From the NCBI GenBank assembly GCA_021613535.1, contig CP075497.1:12710001-12774000 (forward strand): a stretch of DNA of 64,000 nt, given 5' to 3'. The translations under genes and the position numbers were made by a program. The DNA is from Adineta vaga (taxonomy: Eukaryota; Animalia; Rotifera). A model generated the notes under the pieces. It ran no database searches. It was given only the letters and a program-made list of their open reading frames with translations, and had not been told where the DNA came from. Positions 1 to 12,700 of the stretch are shown here, in pieces; position 1 is the stretch's first letter; each line of letters starts with the position of its first letter.

Positions 1-728
1 TTTCTGGTCATATTATACAATAAAACCTGTGAATGGTATTTTTTAGTGACTATGCTGCTTCTTTGGACAAGTAAAGTTGTTCGTATTAACTGGTAAATCA
101 AGAGAAATAGTGAAATCGAATCTAGGAAAAAAATTTCCATGTAATGCCTTATTAACAGGTTCATCGTTCTTTGCGAAGATCGGGTCATAGAAAACACCAT
201 TCTTCGAACGTCCAGGCTTACTTACCTGCTAATTCATCACTATCTCCCAACGAATTCTCCTCGTACTTCCAATTGTTGTTATCCCCCTATCATTTATTCC
301 CATTACGCTCCATATTGCGCTCATCACATTTCAACTCAGCACTGAATATACTATACAAACGAGATATGTATTCCATTCCAATTCGCAGCATGCTAAACAT
401 CCAGAAATGAGCGACATGCGTACGAGCACATCATGGAATATGCGAACATAGTGTTACACTCTCATTACTCAGCTTCAATATATCTATTATTCTACTTCGT
501 GGCAGTGCTCTATCAACCATAAATAACATAATCATATTCCTAAGACCATCTTCTCATTCTCCTACAATATCCAACAGCAAAAAGACCTCACTCCCATTGT
601 CCGCCTTTGAAAATAAAGCTTCAGCCAACAGCTCTAAGTCAACCCAACAACTACCAAAACTCACGGATCATTATGAACGCAACTTATTCCAAAAGAACCT
701 TCATTTCTAACAAATATACGCAACGCTC

Positions 729-3700
729 TCACACAGAATCACAACTCTTACTTTGTTTCGGCAATTTGGTTGTTCCATGTGGAGCAGCAGTAGCTTTAGA
801 TGGATGAGCAGCCTTGGTGGTTCCTTGTGGAGCACCTGTGGCTTTCGATGGTTCTGCAGACTTGGTGGTTCCAGCTGGTTTGGGTTGTTTGCTTGATTTC
901 TTTTCATCACTTTCACTCGAAGCCTTGCCACCCTTTGTTGGTTGACCAGATTTGGTTGTTCCATGTGGAGCAGCAGTAGCTTTAGATGGTTGAGCAGCTT
1001 TGGTTGTTCCTTGTGGAGCACCTGTGGCTTTCGATGGTTCTGCAGCCTTGGTGGTTCCAGCTGGTTTGGGTTGTTTGCTCGATTTCTTTTCATCACTTTC
1101 ACTCGAAGCTTTACCACCCTTTGTTGGTTGACCAGATTTGGTTGTTCCATGTGGAGCAGCAGTAGCTTTAGATGGTTGAGCAGCTTTGGTGGTTCCTTGT
1201 GGAGCACCTGTGGCTTTCGATGGTTCTGCAGCCTTGGTGGTTCCAGCTGGTTTCGGTTGTTTGCTCGATTTCTTTTCATCACTTTCACTCGAAGCCTTGC
1301 CACCCTTTGTTGGTTGACCAGATTTGGTTGTTCCATGTGGAGCACCTGTGGCTTTCGATGGTTCTGCAGCCTTGGTGGTTCCAGCTGGTTTGGGTTGTTT
1401 GCTCGATTTCTTTTCATCACTTTCACTCGAAGCTTTACCACCCTTTGTTGGTTGACCAGATTTGGTTGTTCCATGAGGAGCAGCTGTAGCTTTAGATGGT
1501 TGAGCAGCTTTGGTTGTTCCTTGTGGAGCACCTGTGGCTTTCGATGGTTGACCAGCTTTGGTGGTTCCAGCAGGTTTGGGCTGTTTGCTTGACTTGTTTT
1601 CATCACTTTCACTCGAAGCTTTACCACCCTTTGTTGGTTGACCAGATTTGGTTGTTCCATGTGGAGCAGCAGTAGCTTTAGATGGTTGAGCAGCTTTGGT
1701 TGTTCCTTGTGGAGCACCTGTGGCTTTCGATGGTTCTGCAGCCTTGGTGGTTCCAGCTGGTTTGGGTTGTTTGCTTGATTTCTTTTCATCACTTTCACTC
1801 GCAGCTTTACCACCCTTTGTTGGTTGACCAGATTTGGTTGTTCCATGTGGAGCAGCAGTAGCTTTAGATGGTTGAGCAGCTTTGGTGGTTCCTTGTGGAG
1901 CACCTGTGGCTTTCGATGGTTCTGCAGCCTTGGTGGTTCCAGCTGGTTTGGGTTGTTTGCTTGATTTCTTTTCATCACTTTCACTTGAAGCCTTGCCACC
2001 CTTTGTTGGTTGACCAGATTTGGTTGTTCCATGTGGAGCAGCAGTAGCTTTAGATGGTTGAGCAGCTTTGGTGGTTCCTTGTGGAGCACCTGTGGCTTTC
2101 GATGGTTCTGCAGCCTTGGTGGTTCCAGCTGGTTTGGGTTGTTTGCTTGATTTCTTTTCATCACTTTCACTTGAAGCCTTGCCACCCTTTGTTGGTTGAC
2201 CAGATTTGGTTGTTCCATGAGGAGCAGCTGTAGCTTTAGATGGTTGAGCAGCTTTGGTTGTTCCTTGTGGAGCACCTGTGGCTTTCGATGGTTGACCAGC
2301 TTTGGTGGTTCCAGCAGGTTTGGGCTGTTTGCTTGACTTGTTTTCATCACTTTCACTCGAAGCTTTACCACCCTTTGTTGGTTGACCAGATTTGGTTGTT
2401 CCATGAGGAGCAGCAGTAGCTTTAGAAGGTTGAGCAGCTTTGGTGGTTCCTTGTGGAGCACCTGTGGCTTTCGATGGTTCTGCAGCCTTGGTGGTTCCAG
2501 CTGGTTTGGGTTGTTTGCTCGATTTCTTTTCATCACTTTCACTTGAAGCCTTGCCACCCTTTGTTGGTTGACCAGATTTGGTTGTTCCATGTGGAGCACC
2601 TGTGGCTTTCGATGGTTCTGCAGCCTTGGTGGTTCCAGCTGGTTTGGGTTGTTTGCTTGATTTCTTTTCATCACTTTCACTCGAAGCCTTGCCACCCTTT
2701 GTTGGTTGACCAGATTTGGTTGTTCCATGTGGAGCAGCAGTAGCTTTAGATGGTTGAGCAGCTTTGGTGGTTCCTTGTGGAGCACCTGTGGCTTTCGATG
2801 GTTCTGCAGCCTTGGTGGTTCCAGCTGGTTTGGGTTGTTTGCTTGATTTCTTTTCATCACTTTCACTTGAAGCCTTGCCACCCTTTGTTGGTTGACCAGA
2901 TTTGGTTGTTCCATGTGGAGCAGCAGTAGCTTTAGATGGTTGAGCAGCTTTGGTGGTTCCTTGTGGAGCACCTGTGGCTTTCGATGGTTCTGCAGCCTTG
3001 GTGGTTCCAGCTGGTTTCGGTTGTTTGCTCGATTTCTTTTCATCACTTTCACTCGAAGCCTTGCCACCCTTTGTTGGTTGACCAGATTTGGTTGTTCCAT
3101 GTGGAGCACCTGTGGCTTTCGATGGTTCTGCAGCCTTGGTGGTTCCAGCTGGTTTGGGTTGTTTGCTTGATTTCTTTTCATCACTTTCACTTGAAGCCTT
3201 GCCACCCTTTGTTGGTTGACCAGATTTGGTTGTTCCATGTGGAGCAGCAGTAGCTTTAGATGGTTGAGCAGCTGTCGTCGTAACAGGTTTTTGTGATGCT
3301 TTAGCACCAGTTGTCTTCTTTTCGTCGCTCTCTGAGCTTGAGCTAGAGTCATCTTCATCGGGTTGATTTTCATTGGTGACTGTGTCGTGCAAGTCCTTGT
3401 CCTTGCATGTGTCTTTCAATGAGTCGATCACTTGTTTTTGTTGGGCTTTACCGCATGGAAGTTTGTAGTGGAATTCGGTTGCCTTCTTGTCACCAGCGGT
3501 CTTCACGATTTGAACTTTATCGGTGAATTTGACACCGAGTTTGTTGAGACGGCCATGGAGAAGGTTAGTGAGGGTACCACCGACATTGCCGCATCGAGAT
3601 GGTTTACGGGCGAAACGTGTTGCATGACATCCACCGACACGGATGACACCTGTAACTGTGTTCTCGTCTTGAGCTTGAACTTTGTGGTCTTTGTCGCAAT

Positions 3701-6700
3701 CGACTGTGGCGGGTTTGCTTGGTTTGAGTGTCTTGCCTGATTTAGAGGTGACTTTCTTTGTTGGAGCAGCAGATGCTGGTTTCTGTGTTGGGGCAGCAGA
3801 TGCTGGTTTCTGTGAAGCCTTAGCACCAGTTGTCTTCTTTTCGTCGCTCTCTGAGCTTGAGCTAGAGTCATCTTCATCTGGTTGATTTTCATTGGTGACT
3901 GTATCGTGCAAGTCCTTGTCCTTGCATGTGTCTTTCAATGAGTCGATCACTTGTTTTTGTTGGGCTTTACCACATGGAAGTTTATAGTGGAATTCAGTTG
4001 CTTTCTTGTCACCAGCTGTCTTCACGATTTGTACTTTATCGGTGAATTTGACACCGAGTTTGTTGAGACGGCCATGGAGAAGGTTAGTGAGGGTACCACC
4101 GACATTGCCGCATCGAGATGGTTTACGAGCGAAACGTGTTGCATGACATCCACCGACACGGATGACACCTGTAACTGTGTTCTCGTCTTGAGCTTGAACT
4201 TTGTGGTCTTTGTCGCAATCGACTGTGGCGGGTTTGCTTGGTTTGAGTGTCTTGCCTGATTTCGATGTGACTTTCTTGGTTGGAGCGGCTGTTGCTGGTT
4301 TCTGTGTTGGAGCAGCAGATGCTGGTTTCTGTGTTGGAGCAGCAGATGCTGGTTTCTGTGTTGGGGCAGCAGATGCTGGTTTCTGTGAAGCCTTAGCACC
4401 AGTTGTCTTCTTTTCGTCGCTCTCTGAGCTTGAGCTAGAGTCATCTTCATCTGGTTGATTTTCATTGGTGACTGTATCGTGCAAGTCCTTGTCCTTGCAT
4501 GTGTCTTTCAATGAGTCGATCACTTGTTTTTGTTGGGCTTTGCCGCATGGAAGTTTGTAGTGGAATTCAGTTGCCTTCTTGTCACCAGCTGTCTTCACGA
4601 TTTGAACTTTGTCGGTGAATTTGACACCGAGTTTGTTGAGACGGCCATGGAGAAGGTTGGTGAGGGTACCACCGACATTACCGCATCGAGATGGTTTACG
4701 AGCGAAACGTGTTGCATGACATCCACCGACACGGATGACACCTGTGACTGTGTTGTCGTCTTGAGCTTGAACTTTGTGGTCTTTGTCGCAATCAACTGTG
4801 GCAGGTTTGCTTGGTTTGAGTGTCTTGCCTGATTTCGATGTGACTTTCTTTGTTGGAGCAGCAGTTGCTGGTTTAGCTGTGTTGGAGCAGCAGATGCTGG
4901 TGTTGGGCAGCAGATGCTGGTTTCTGCTTTTTGTGAAGCCTTAGCACCAGTTGTCTTCTTTTCGTCGCTCTCTGAGCTTGAGCTAGAGTCATCTTCATCT
5001 GGTTGATTTTCATTGGTGACTGTATCGTGCAAGTCCTTGTCCTTGCATGTGTCTTTCAATGAGTCGATCACTTGTTTTTGTTGGGCTTTGCCGCATGGAA
5101 GTTTGTAGTGGAATTCAGTTGCCTTCTTGTCACCAGCTGTCTTCACGATTTGAACTTTGTCGGTGAATTTGACACCGAGTTTGTTTAGACGGCCGTGGAG
5201 AAGATTGGTGAGGGTACCACCGACATTACCGCATCGAGATGGTTTACGAGCGAAACGTGTTGCATGACATCCACCGACACGGATGACACCTGTAACTGTG
5301 TTGTCGTCTTGAGCTTGAACATTATGATCTTTGTCGCAATCAACTGTGGCAGGTTTGCTTGGTTTGAGTGTCTTGCCTGATTTTGATGTAACAGCCTTGG
5401 TTGGAGCAGCTGTTGCTGGTTTGGCTGTTGTTGGAGCAGCGGTAGCTGGAGCAGCTGTGGCTGCTTTTTGTGTAGCCTTAGCACCAGTTGTCTTCTTTTC
5501 ATCACTCTCAGAGCTTGAGCTAGAGTCATCTTCATCTGGTTGATTTTCATTGGTGACTGTATCGTGCAAGTCCTTGTCCTTGCATGTGTCTTTCAATGAG
5601 TCGATCACTTGTTTTTGTTGGGCTTTGCCGCATGGAAGTTTGTAGTGGAATTCAGTTGCTTCTTGTCACCAGCTGTCTTCACGATTTGAACTTTGTCGGT
5701 GAATTTGACACCGAGTTTGTTGAGACGGCCGTGGAGAAGATTGGTGAGGGTACCACCGACATTACCGCATCGAGATGGTTTACGAGCGAAACGGGTTGCA
5801 TGACATCCACCGACACGAATGACACCTGTGACTGTGTCGTCTTGAGCTTGAACTTTATGATCTTTGTCGCAATCAACTGTGGCAGGTTTGCTTGGTTTGA
5901 GTGTCTTGCCTGATTTCGATGTGACTTTCTTTGTTGGAGCAGCAGTTGCTGGTTTAGCGGTTGTTGGAGCAGCGGTTGCTGGAGCAGCTGTGGCTGCTTT
6001 TTGTGTAGCCTTAGCACCAGTTGTCTTCTTTTCGTCACTCTCAGAGCTTGAGCTAGAGTCATCTTCATCTGGTTGATTTTCATTGGTGACTGTATCGTGC
6101 AAGTCCTTGTCCTTGCATGTGTCTTTCAATGAGTCGATCACTTGTTTTTGTTGGGCTTTGCCGCATGGAAGTTTGTAGTGGAATTCAGTTGCCTTCTTGT
6201 CACCAGCTGTCTTCACGATTTGAACTTTGTCGGTGAATTTGACACCGAGTTTGTTTAGACGGCCGTGGAGAAGATTGGTGAGGGTACCACCGACATTACC
6301 GCATCGAGATGGTTTACGAGCGAAACGTGTTGCATGACATCCACCGACACGGATGACACCTGTGACTGTGCTGTCGTCTTGAGCTTGAACTTTGTGGTCT
6401 TTGTCGCAGTCGACTGTGGCAGGTTTGCTTGGTTTGAGTGTCTTGCCTGATTTCGATGTGACTTTCTTTGTTGGAGCAGCAGTTGCTGGTTTTTGTGTTG
6501 CCGCAGCAGTTGCTGGAGCAGCTGTGGCTGCTTTTTGTGTAGCCTTAGCACCAGTTGTCTTCTTTTCATCACTCTCAGAGCTTGAGCTAGAGTCATCTTC
6601 ATCGGGTTGATTTTCATTGGTGACTGTATCGTGCAAGTCCTTGTCCTTGCATGTGTCTTTCAATGAGTCGATCACTTGTTTTTGTTGGGCTTTGCCGCAT

Positions 6701-9700
6701 GGAAGTTTGTAGTGGAATTCAGTTGCCTTCTTGTCACCAGCTGTCTTCACGATTTGAACTTTGTCGGTGAATTTGACACCGAGTTTGTTTAGACGGCCGT
6801 GGAGAAGATTGGTGAGGGTACCACCGACATTACCGCATCGAGATGGTTTACGAGCGAAACGTGTTGCATGACATCCACCGACACGGATGACACCTGTGAC
6901 TGTGTTGTCGTCTTGAGCTTGAACTTTGTGGTCTTTGTCGCAATCGACTGTGGCAGGTTTGCTTGGTTTGAGTGTCTTGCCTGATTTCGATGTGACTTTC
7001 TTTGTTGGAGCAGCAGTTGCTGGTTTCTGAGTGGCTGGTTTTTGTGTTGGTGCAGCTGTGGCTGCTTTTTGTGTAGCCTTAGCACCAGTTGTCTTCTTTT
7101 CATCACTCTCAGAGCTTGAGCTAGAGTCATCTTCATCTGGTTGATTTTCATTGGTGACTGTATCGTGCAAGTCCTTGTCCTTGCATGTGTCTTTCAATGA
7201 GTCGATCACTTGTTTTTGTTGGGCTTTGCCGCATGGAAGTTTGTAGTGGAATTCAGTTGCCTTCTTGTCACCAGCTGTCTTCACGATTTGAACTTTGTCG
7301 GTGAATTTGACACCGAGTTTGTTTAGACGGCCGTGGAGAAGATTGGTGAGGGTACCACCGACATTACCGCATCGAGATGGTTTACGAGCGAAACGTGTTG
7401 CATGACATCCACCGACACGGATGACACCTGTGACTGTGCTGTCGTCTTGAGCTTGAACTTTGTGGTCTTTGTCGCAGTCGACTGTGGCAGGTTTGCTTGG
7501 TTTGAGTGTCTTGCCTGATTTCGATGTGACTTTCTTTGTTGGAGCAGCAGTTGCTGGTTTAGCGGTTGTTGGAGCAGCGGTTGCTGGAGCAGCTGTGGCT
7601 GCTTTTTGTGTAGCCTTAGCACCAGTTGTCTTCTTTTCATCACTCTCAGAGCTTGAGCTAGAGTCATCTTCATCTGGTTGATTTTCATTGGTGACTGTAT
7701 CGTGCAAGTCCTTGTCCTTGCATGTGTCTTTCAATGAGTCGATCACTTGTTTTTGTTGGGCTTTGCCGCATGGAAGTTTGTAGTGGAATTCAGTTGCCTT
7801 CTTGTCACCAGCTGTCTTCACGATTTGAACTTTGTCGGTGAATTTGACACCGAGTTTGTTGAGACGGCCATGGAGAAGGTTGGTGAGGGTACCACCGACA
7901 TTGCCGCATCGAGATGGTTTACGAGCGAAACGTGTTGCATGACAGCCACCGACACGAATGACACCTGTGACTGTGTTATCGTCTTGCGATTGGACTTTGT
8001 GGTCTTTGTCGCAATCAACTGTGGCAGGTTTGCTTGGTTTGAGTGTCTTGCCTGATTTTGATGTAACAGCCTTGGTTGGAGCAGCTGTTGCGGGTTTCTG
8101 TGTTGGTGCAGCTGTTGCTGGTTTGGCTGTTGTTGGAGCAGCGGTTGCTGGAGCAGCTGTGGCTGCTTTTTGTGTAGCCTTAGCACCAGTTGTCTTCTTT
8201 TCATCACTCTCAGAGCTTGAACTAGAGTCATCTTCATCGGGTTGATTTTCCTTGGTGCATGTATCGTGCAAGTCCTTGTCCTTGCATGTGTCTTTCAATG
8301 AGTCGATCACTTGTTTTTGTTGGGCTTTACCACATGGAAGTTTGTAGTGGAATTCAGTTGCTTTCTTGTCACCAGCTGTCTTCACGATTTGAACTTTGTC
8401 GGTGAATTTGACACCGAGTTTGTTGAGACGGCCTTGGAGAAGGTTGGTGAGGGTACCACCGACATTGCCGCATCGAGATGGTTTACGAGCGAAACGTGTT
8501 GCATGACAGCCACCGACACGAATGACACCTGTGACTGTGTTATCGTCTTGCGATTGGACTTTGTGGTCTTTGTCGCAATCAACTGTGGCAGGTTTGCTTG
8601 GTTTGAGTGTCTTGCCTGATTTCGATGTGACTGCCTTGGTTGGAGCTGCAGTTGCTGGTTTGGCTGTTGTTGGAGCAGCGGTTGCTGGTTTGGCGGTTGT
8701 TGCAGCGGCAGTTGCTGGTTTGGCGGTTGTTGCAGCGGCAGTTGCTGGTTTGGCGGTTGTTGCAGCAGCAGTTGCTGGTTTAGCTGTTGAGGCTGCAGTG
8801 TTTCCGGGTTTTCCGGATGCACGTGTGGTTTCTTCGGAACTACTGCTGTCGCTGTCATCATCATCGTCGCGTTTGAGCGACTCTTTTTCAATGGTTTTCT
8901 TCACCTAAAGGGAAGTTTATTGAGGAATTATTTCGTCGTGAGAGAATAAAGTTTTTTTTTGGAAGTTATGTTATGTATAAAATTTGCCGTGGTATAGGTC
9001 AAATTTGTTTTTTTTAAGCTTGAATGAGCAGAGACTGTTAGTCTGGTGTTGAATTCGTTTGTTTTGCTGTCTTGTTTTTGTTCTGTTAACGTGTGAAAGT
9101 AGAGTGGGATGATATGCTAGATTTTTTTCTCACAGTTTTCGTTTAATGTCATGTCGGTTTAGGTAGAATTCAGCGTGAAAATGCTTGTTGTGCGGAAAAA
9201 GGTATCCATGTACTTTACTGTGGTTTTGCGTTAGGAAGGGTGCCTAGTGCTGTGGAATGGGTGGCACGATTGAGATCAACAGATGATCGCTTCGTGGTTT
9301 ATACTAGTTTTGATTAGACATTCTATAGCACGATCGCTTTCAGTTTCGAAAGGTGTCGTCACTTATGTTTGTTAATCAATCGTGCTGTCGTTTTCACATT
9401 AACATATTCACGAAATAGTAGGAAAAAGACTACGAAGTTATGAAAGGTTTGCGAAAGTTTACCGCTTACGTGATCGTTCGGTTCCCTTACGCACCTTTCG
9501 TTTGCGGCGCAGTTTCTTTTGTAAAATTTTGTTTTTACGAACCTCATTCGGTCGATCACTATATAAGTATGCCAAAGCGAGACTTTTCTTCCGGCGTGTA
9601 ATTGTTATAATTATTCTTTTGCCGAACGGGTGCATGTAAATGAAAGTTTTAGTAAACTAGCCGTGTCGTAGGGTCGAAAGACACAGTGTAGTTGTATTTT

Positions 9701-12700
9701 TCGATGATTTTCTCACTGCACTGTTGTCAATTGAATAGAGAAAGTTCTAAAAGCGAGAGCGGTTTTAGCGTTGGAAACGTTCTCTTCTGAGGTCAGGTAT
9801 AGTTCTAGAGTACCCAAACTCTTTCTAATATAAGCAGGATGATGCTCCGTAAACAAGGGCGTCCAGTGTCAGATCACGTGATTAAATGTAAGTGTCAGAT
9901 AAAGAATGTTGAGGTAGAGCTAAATATTGAGATTCAGTTTAGTAGCGTTTGTACAAATTCTGCCGATAGAGATGCGTTCATACAGCGAGAAGATTTTTTG
10001 ACATAACAAAAATAACTAGTGATTTGATTCTTAAAACTGAGAAGATGTCTTTGCTATGGGTAATCAGTTTAACATGGGATACGAGCGTAATTTCGTAACG
10101 CCTTTTTATCAGGAAAATATGATGTTTCATGAAAACTTAATATTTGGAAAGCTTTTGAACTTATGGAAGACATGAGCAATGTTGCCCAATGCGTGATGGA
10201 CAAGAATGAACTATTCCGAACACGAAAACGGTACGTATATAAGTACAACCGAAATGATACACTGATACTAGTACTTCGAATATTCTGCTCGTTTTTTATA
10301 GCAAGTTCAAACTGTTCTTTGGGAAACTGAAATATGCATTATCAGCTGTGATCTGTTCGGAAGATATGAATGTCACACGACGATTCATCAAAAAACTCAA
10401 AACAGGAAATTACATAAATCTGAAAAGCTTACGTCTTTCCTATTATAGAATCTTTGTCATGTACATCATCAAATTACCGATTTCTTCGGAGTTTGATGAC
10501 TATTCTGCTTGATTACACTCATAATGTTTCAATCTAGTATTATAAACTCTGAGTTTCCAGCTAGTTAAATACTTCTGACAGAAGATCTACGATGGATCTG
10601 CTTTTGCCTGAAATAGGCGATTTAGAATTCATTATTCTTACCTCGTCATCTTTACATGTTTTCTTCAAAGCTGCTTTTGCTTTTGATTGTTCTGCTTTTG
10701 GTACATTAACAGTGTACGAAAATACAGTGTGTGTTTTGTTTCCAGTAAGAACTTTTACACTACATGGATAATTAACCTTTGTACCATGGAGCTGTTGGAA
10801 GTAGTTTCGAAGTTGTGTACAAACAGTTGATGAAAGAGCAGCAAGACGTGTTGCATTGTTAGCAAATCGTTTTTCGCAAGGACAATCTTGAACAACAATT
10901 TTACCAGTTAATGTCTGATCTTGTTCTTCAATATCATCGTCATCGCAATTCTTGACTTGAACTGTGCGTGTGGTTGCTGGTGGTCTCTTTGTTACACCGG
11001 CTTGAGTAGGTTTCTTTGTAGCTAGAAAATCAATGAAATTATAATTATTTAAACTGTAGTCTTTGTTTGGACAGAAACCTATGTAAGATCATATCTCTTC
11101 CTGAAAAGTGTGTTTTTACTTTCCATAGTGAAAACATAAGAAACTAGGAGATCTATGCGAGATACCTCAGTTACTGGTCGATATCTCATTATAGAGGGTG
11201 GGCTCTCAGTTAATTGGTGACAAGAAATTTAAATATTTCAATTATCTGTAAAAACTCACCGAGTAAAAACTATTATAAGTATTACAGATTAACTTAAAGG
11301 TTTTGTCACAAGAGAAACATTAGTGAACAGAAATACAAGTTAGTGAACTCGACGGAAAAACGTTTTCATGCATTTTTAGACGCTCTGAGATGGATTGATG
11401 TGTGTGAATGGAGACCAAACATTTAGCATTTGGTCACGATCAGGCCCATTCTCAAAATGCGCAACGTATTTCACTTGTTGTGTTCGAGATTCATTTAACA
11501 AAACCTTTCTACAAAAGTAGGTTGATCGTGAATTTAACCCACTGGCCTCTCAGATCCCATTCTTTCATACTAACTGGTCACTTTCTCAGGAAATATTCCT
11601 AAAAATATTTAGAACCAAAACAAGCTTGCAGATACTCATCAGCCGAACCACTCAATAAACCCATGGTATTCAACATTAAATTCTGAACCATACCCGAAAA
11701 GGTCTCAAAAAGTAAACCAAGGTCTATAGATATTAATTCAAACACTGCATTACTCATGAAAAATTTCACCTTATTTAACACTTAGCACGATCGAAAATTT
11801 TACACTTCTTATTAAACATTTTTTCATGGTATACTTTCTACACATATCATAAACTGAAGTACGTAAAATAATCAAATCGATATTCACCAACTAACTTTGG
11901 ATCGCTATAAATGGCAACATAATTTCTATTTAATCTTAAAACTTCTGAAGACAGTGAAACTTTAGAAAACTTACTTGTCTTCACTGTAGTTTTGGCTGTT
12001 GTTGGTTTTTCGGTAGGTTTGGCTGTCGTGGCCTTTTCCGTAGCAGCAGCCGTGGCTGCCTTTTGTGTAGCCTTAGCACCAGTTGTCTTCTTTTCATCAC
12101 TCTCAGAGCTTGAGCTAGAGTCATCTTCATCGGGTTGATTTTCCTTGGTGCATGTATCGTGCAAGTCCTTGTCCTTGCATGTGTCTTTCAATGAGTCGAT
12201 CACTTGTTTTTGTTGGGCTTTACCACATGGAAGTTTATAGTGGAATTCAGTTGCTTTCTTGTCACCAGCTGTCTTCACGATTTGAACTTTGTCGGTGAAT
12301 TTGACACCGAGTTTGTTGAGACGGCCTTGGAGAAGGTTGGTGAGGGTACCACCGACATTGCCGCATCGGGATGGTTTACGAGCGAAACGTGTTGCATGAC
12401 AGCCACCGACACGAATGACACCTGTGACTGTGTTATCGTCTTGCGATTGGACTTTGTGGTCTTTGTCGCAATCAACTGTGGCAGGTTTGCTTGGTTTGAG
12501 TGTCTTGCCTGATTTCGATGTAACAGCCTTGGTTGGAGCAGCTGTTGCGGGTTTCTGTGTTGGTGCAGCTGTTGCTGGTTTGGCTGTTGTTGGAGCAGCG
12601 GTTGCTGGAGCAGCTGTGGCTGCACCAGTTGTCTTCCATCACTCTCAGAGCTTGAACTAGAGTCATCTTCATCGGGTTGATTCTCCTTGGTGCATGTATC

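Noticed and set aside
707-3373. 888-aa alternative-frame ORF (Q/L/N/K/H repeats) overlapping the repeat exon
   Set aside because: Shadow frame of a stop-free tandem repeat; the other frame is continuous with the spliced, signal-peptide-bearing gene.
760-8640. Regular repeat arrays as a possible CRISPR array or satellite
   Set aside because: No unique spacers; unit lengths are multiples of three and variation is largely synonymous, so these are protein-coding repeats.
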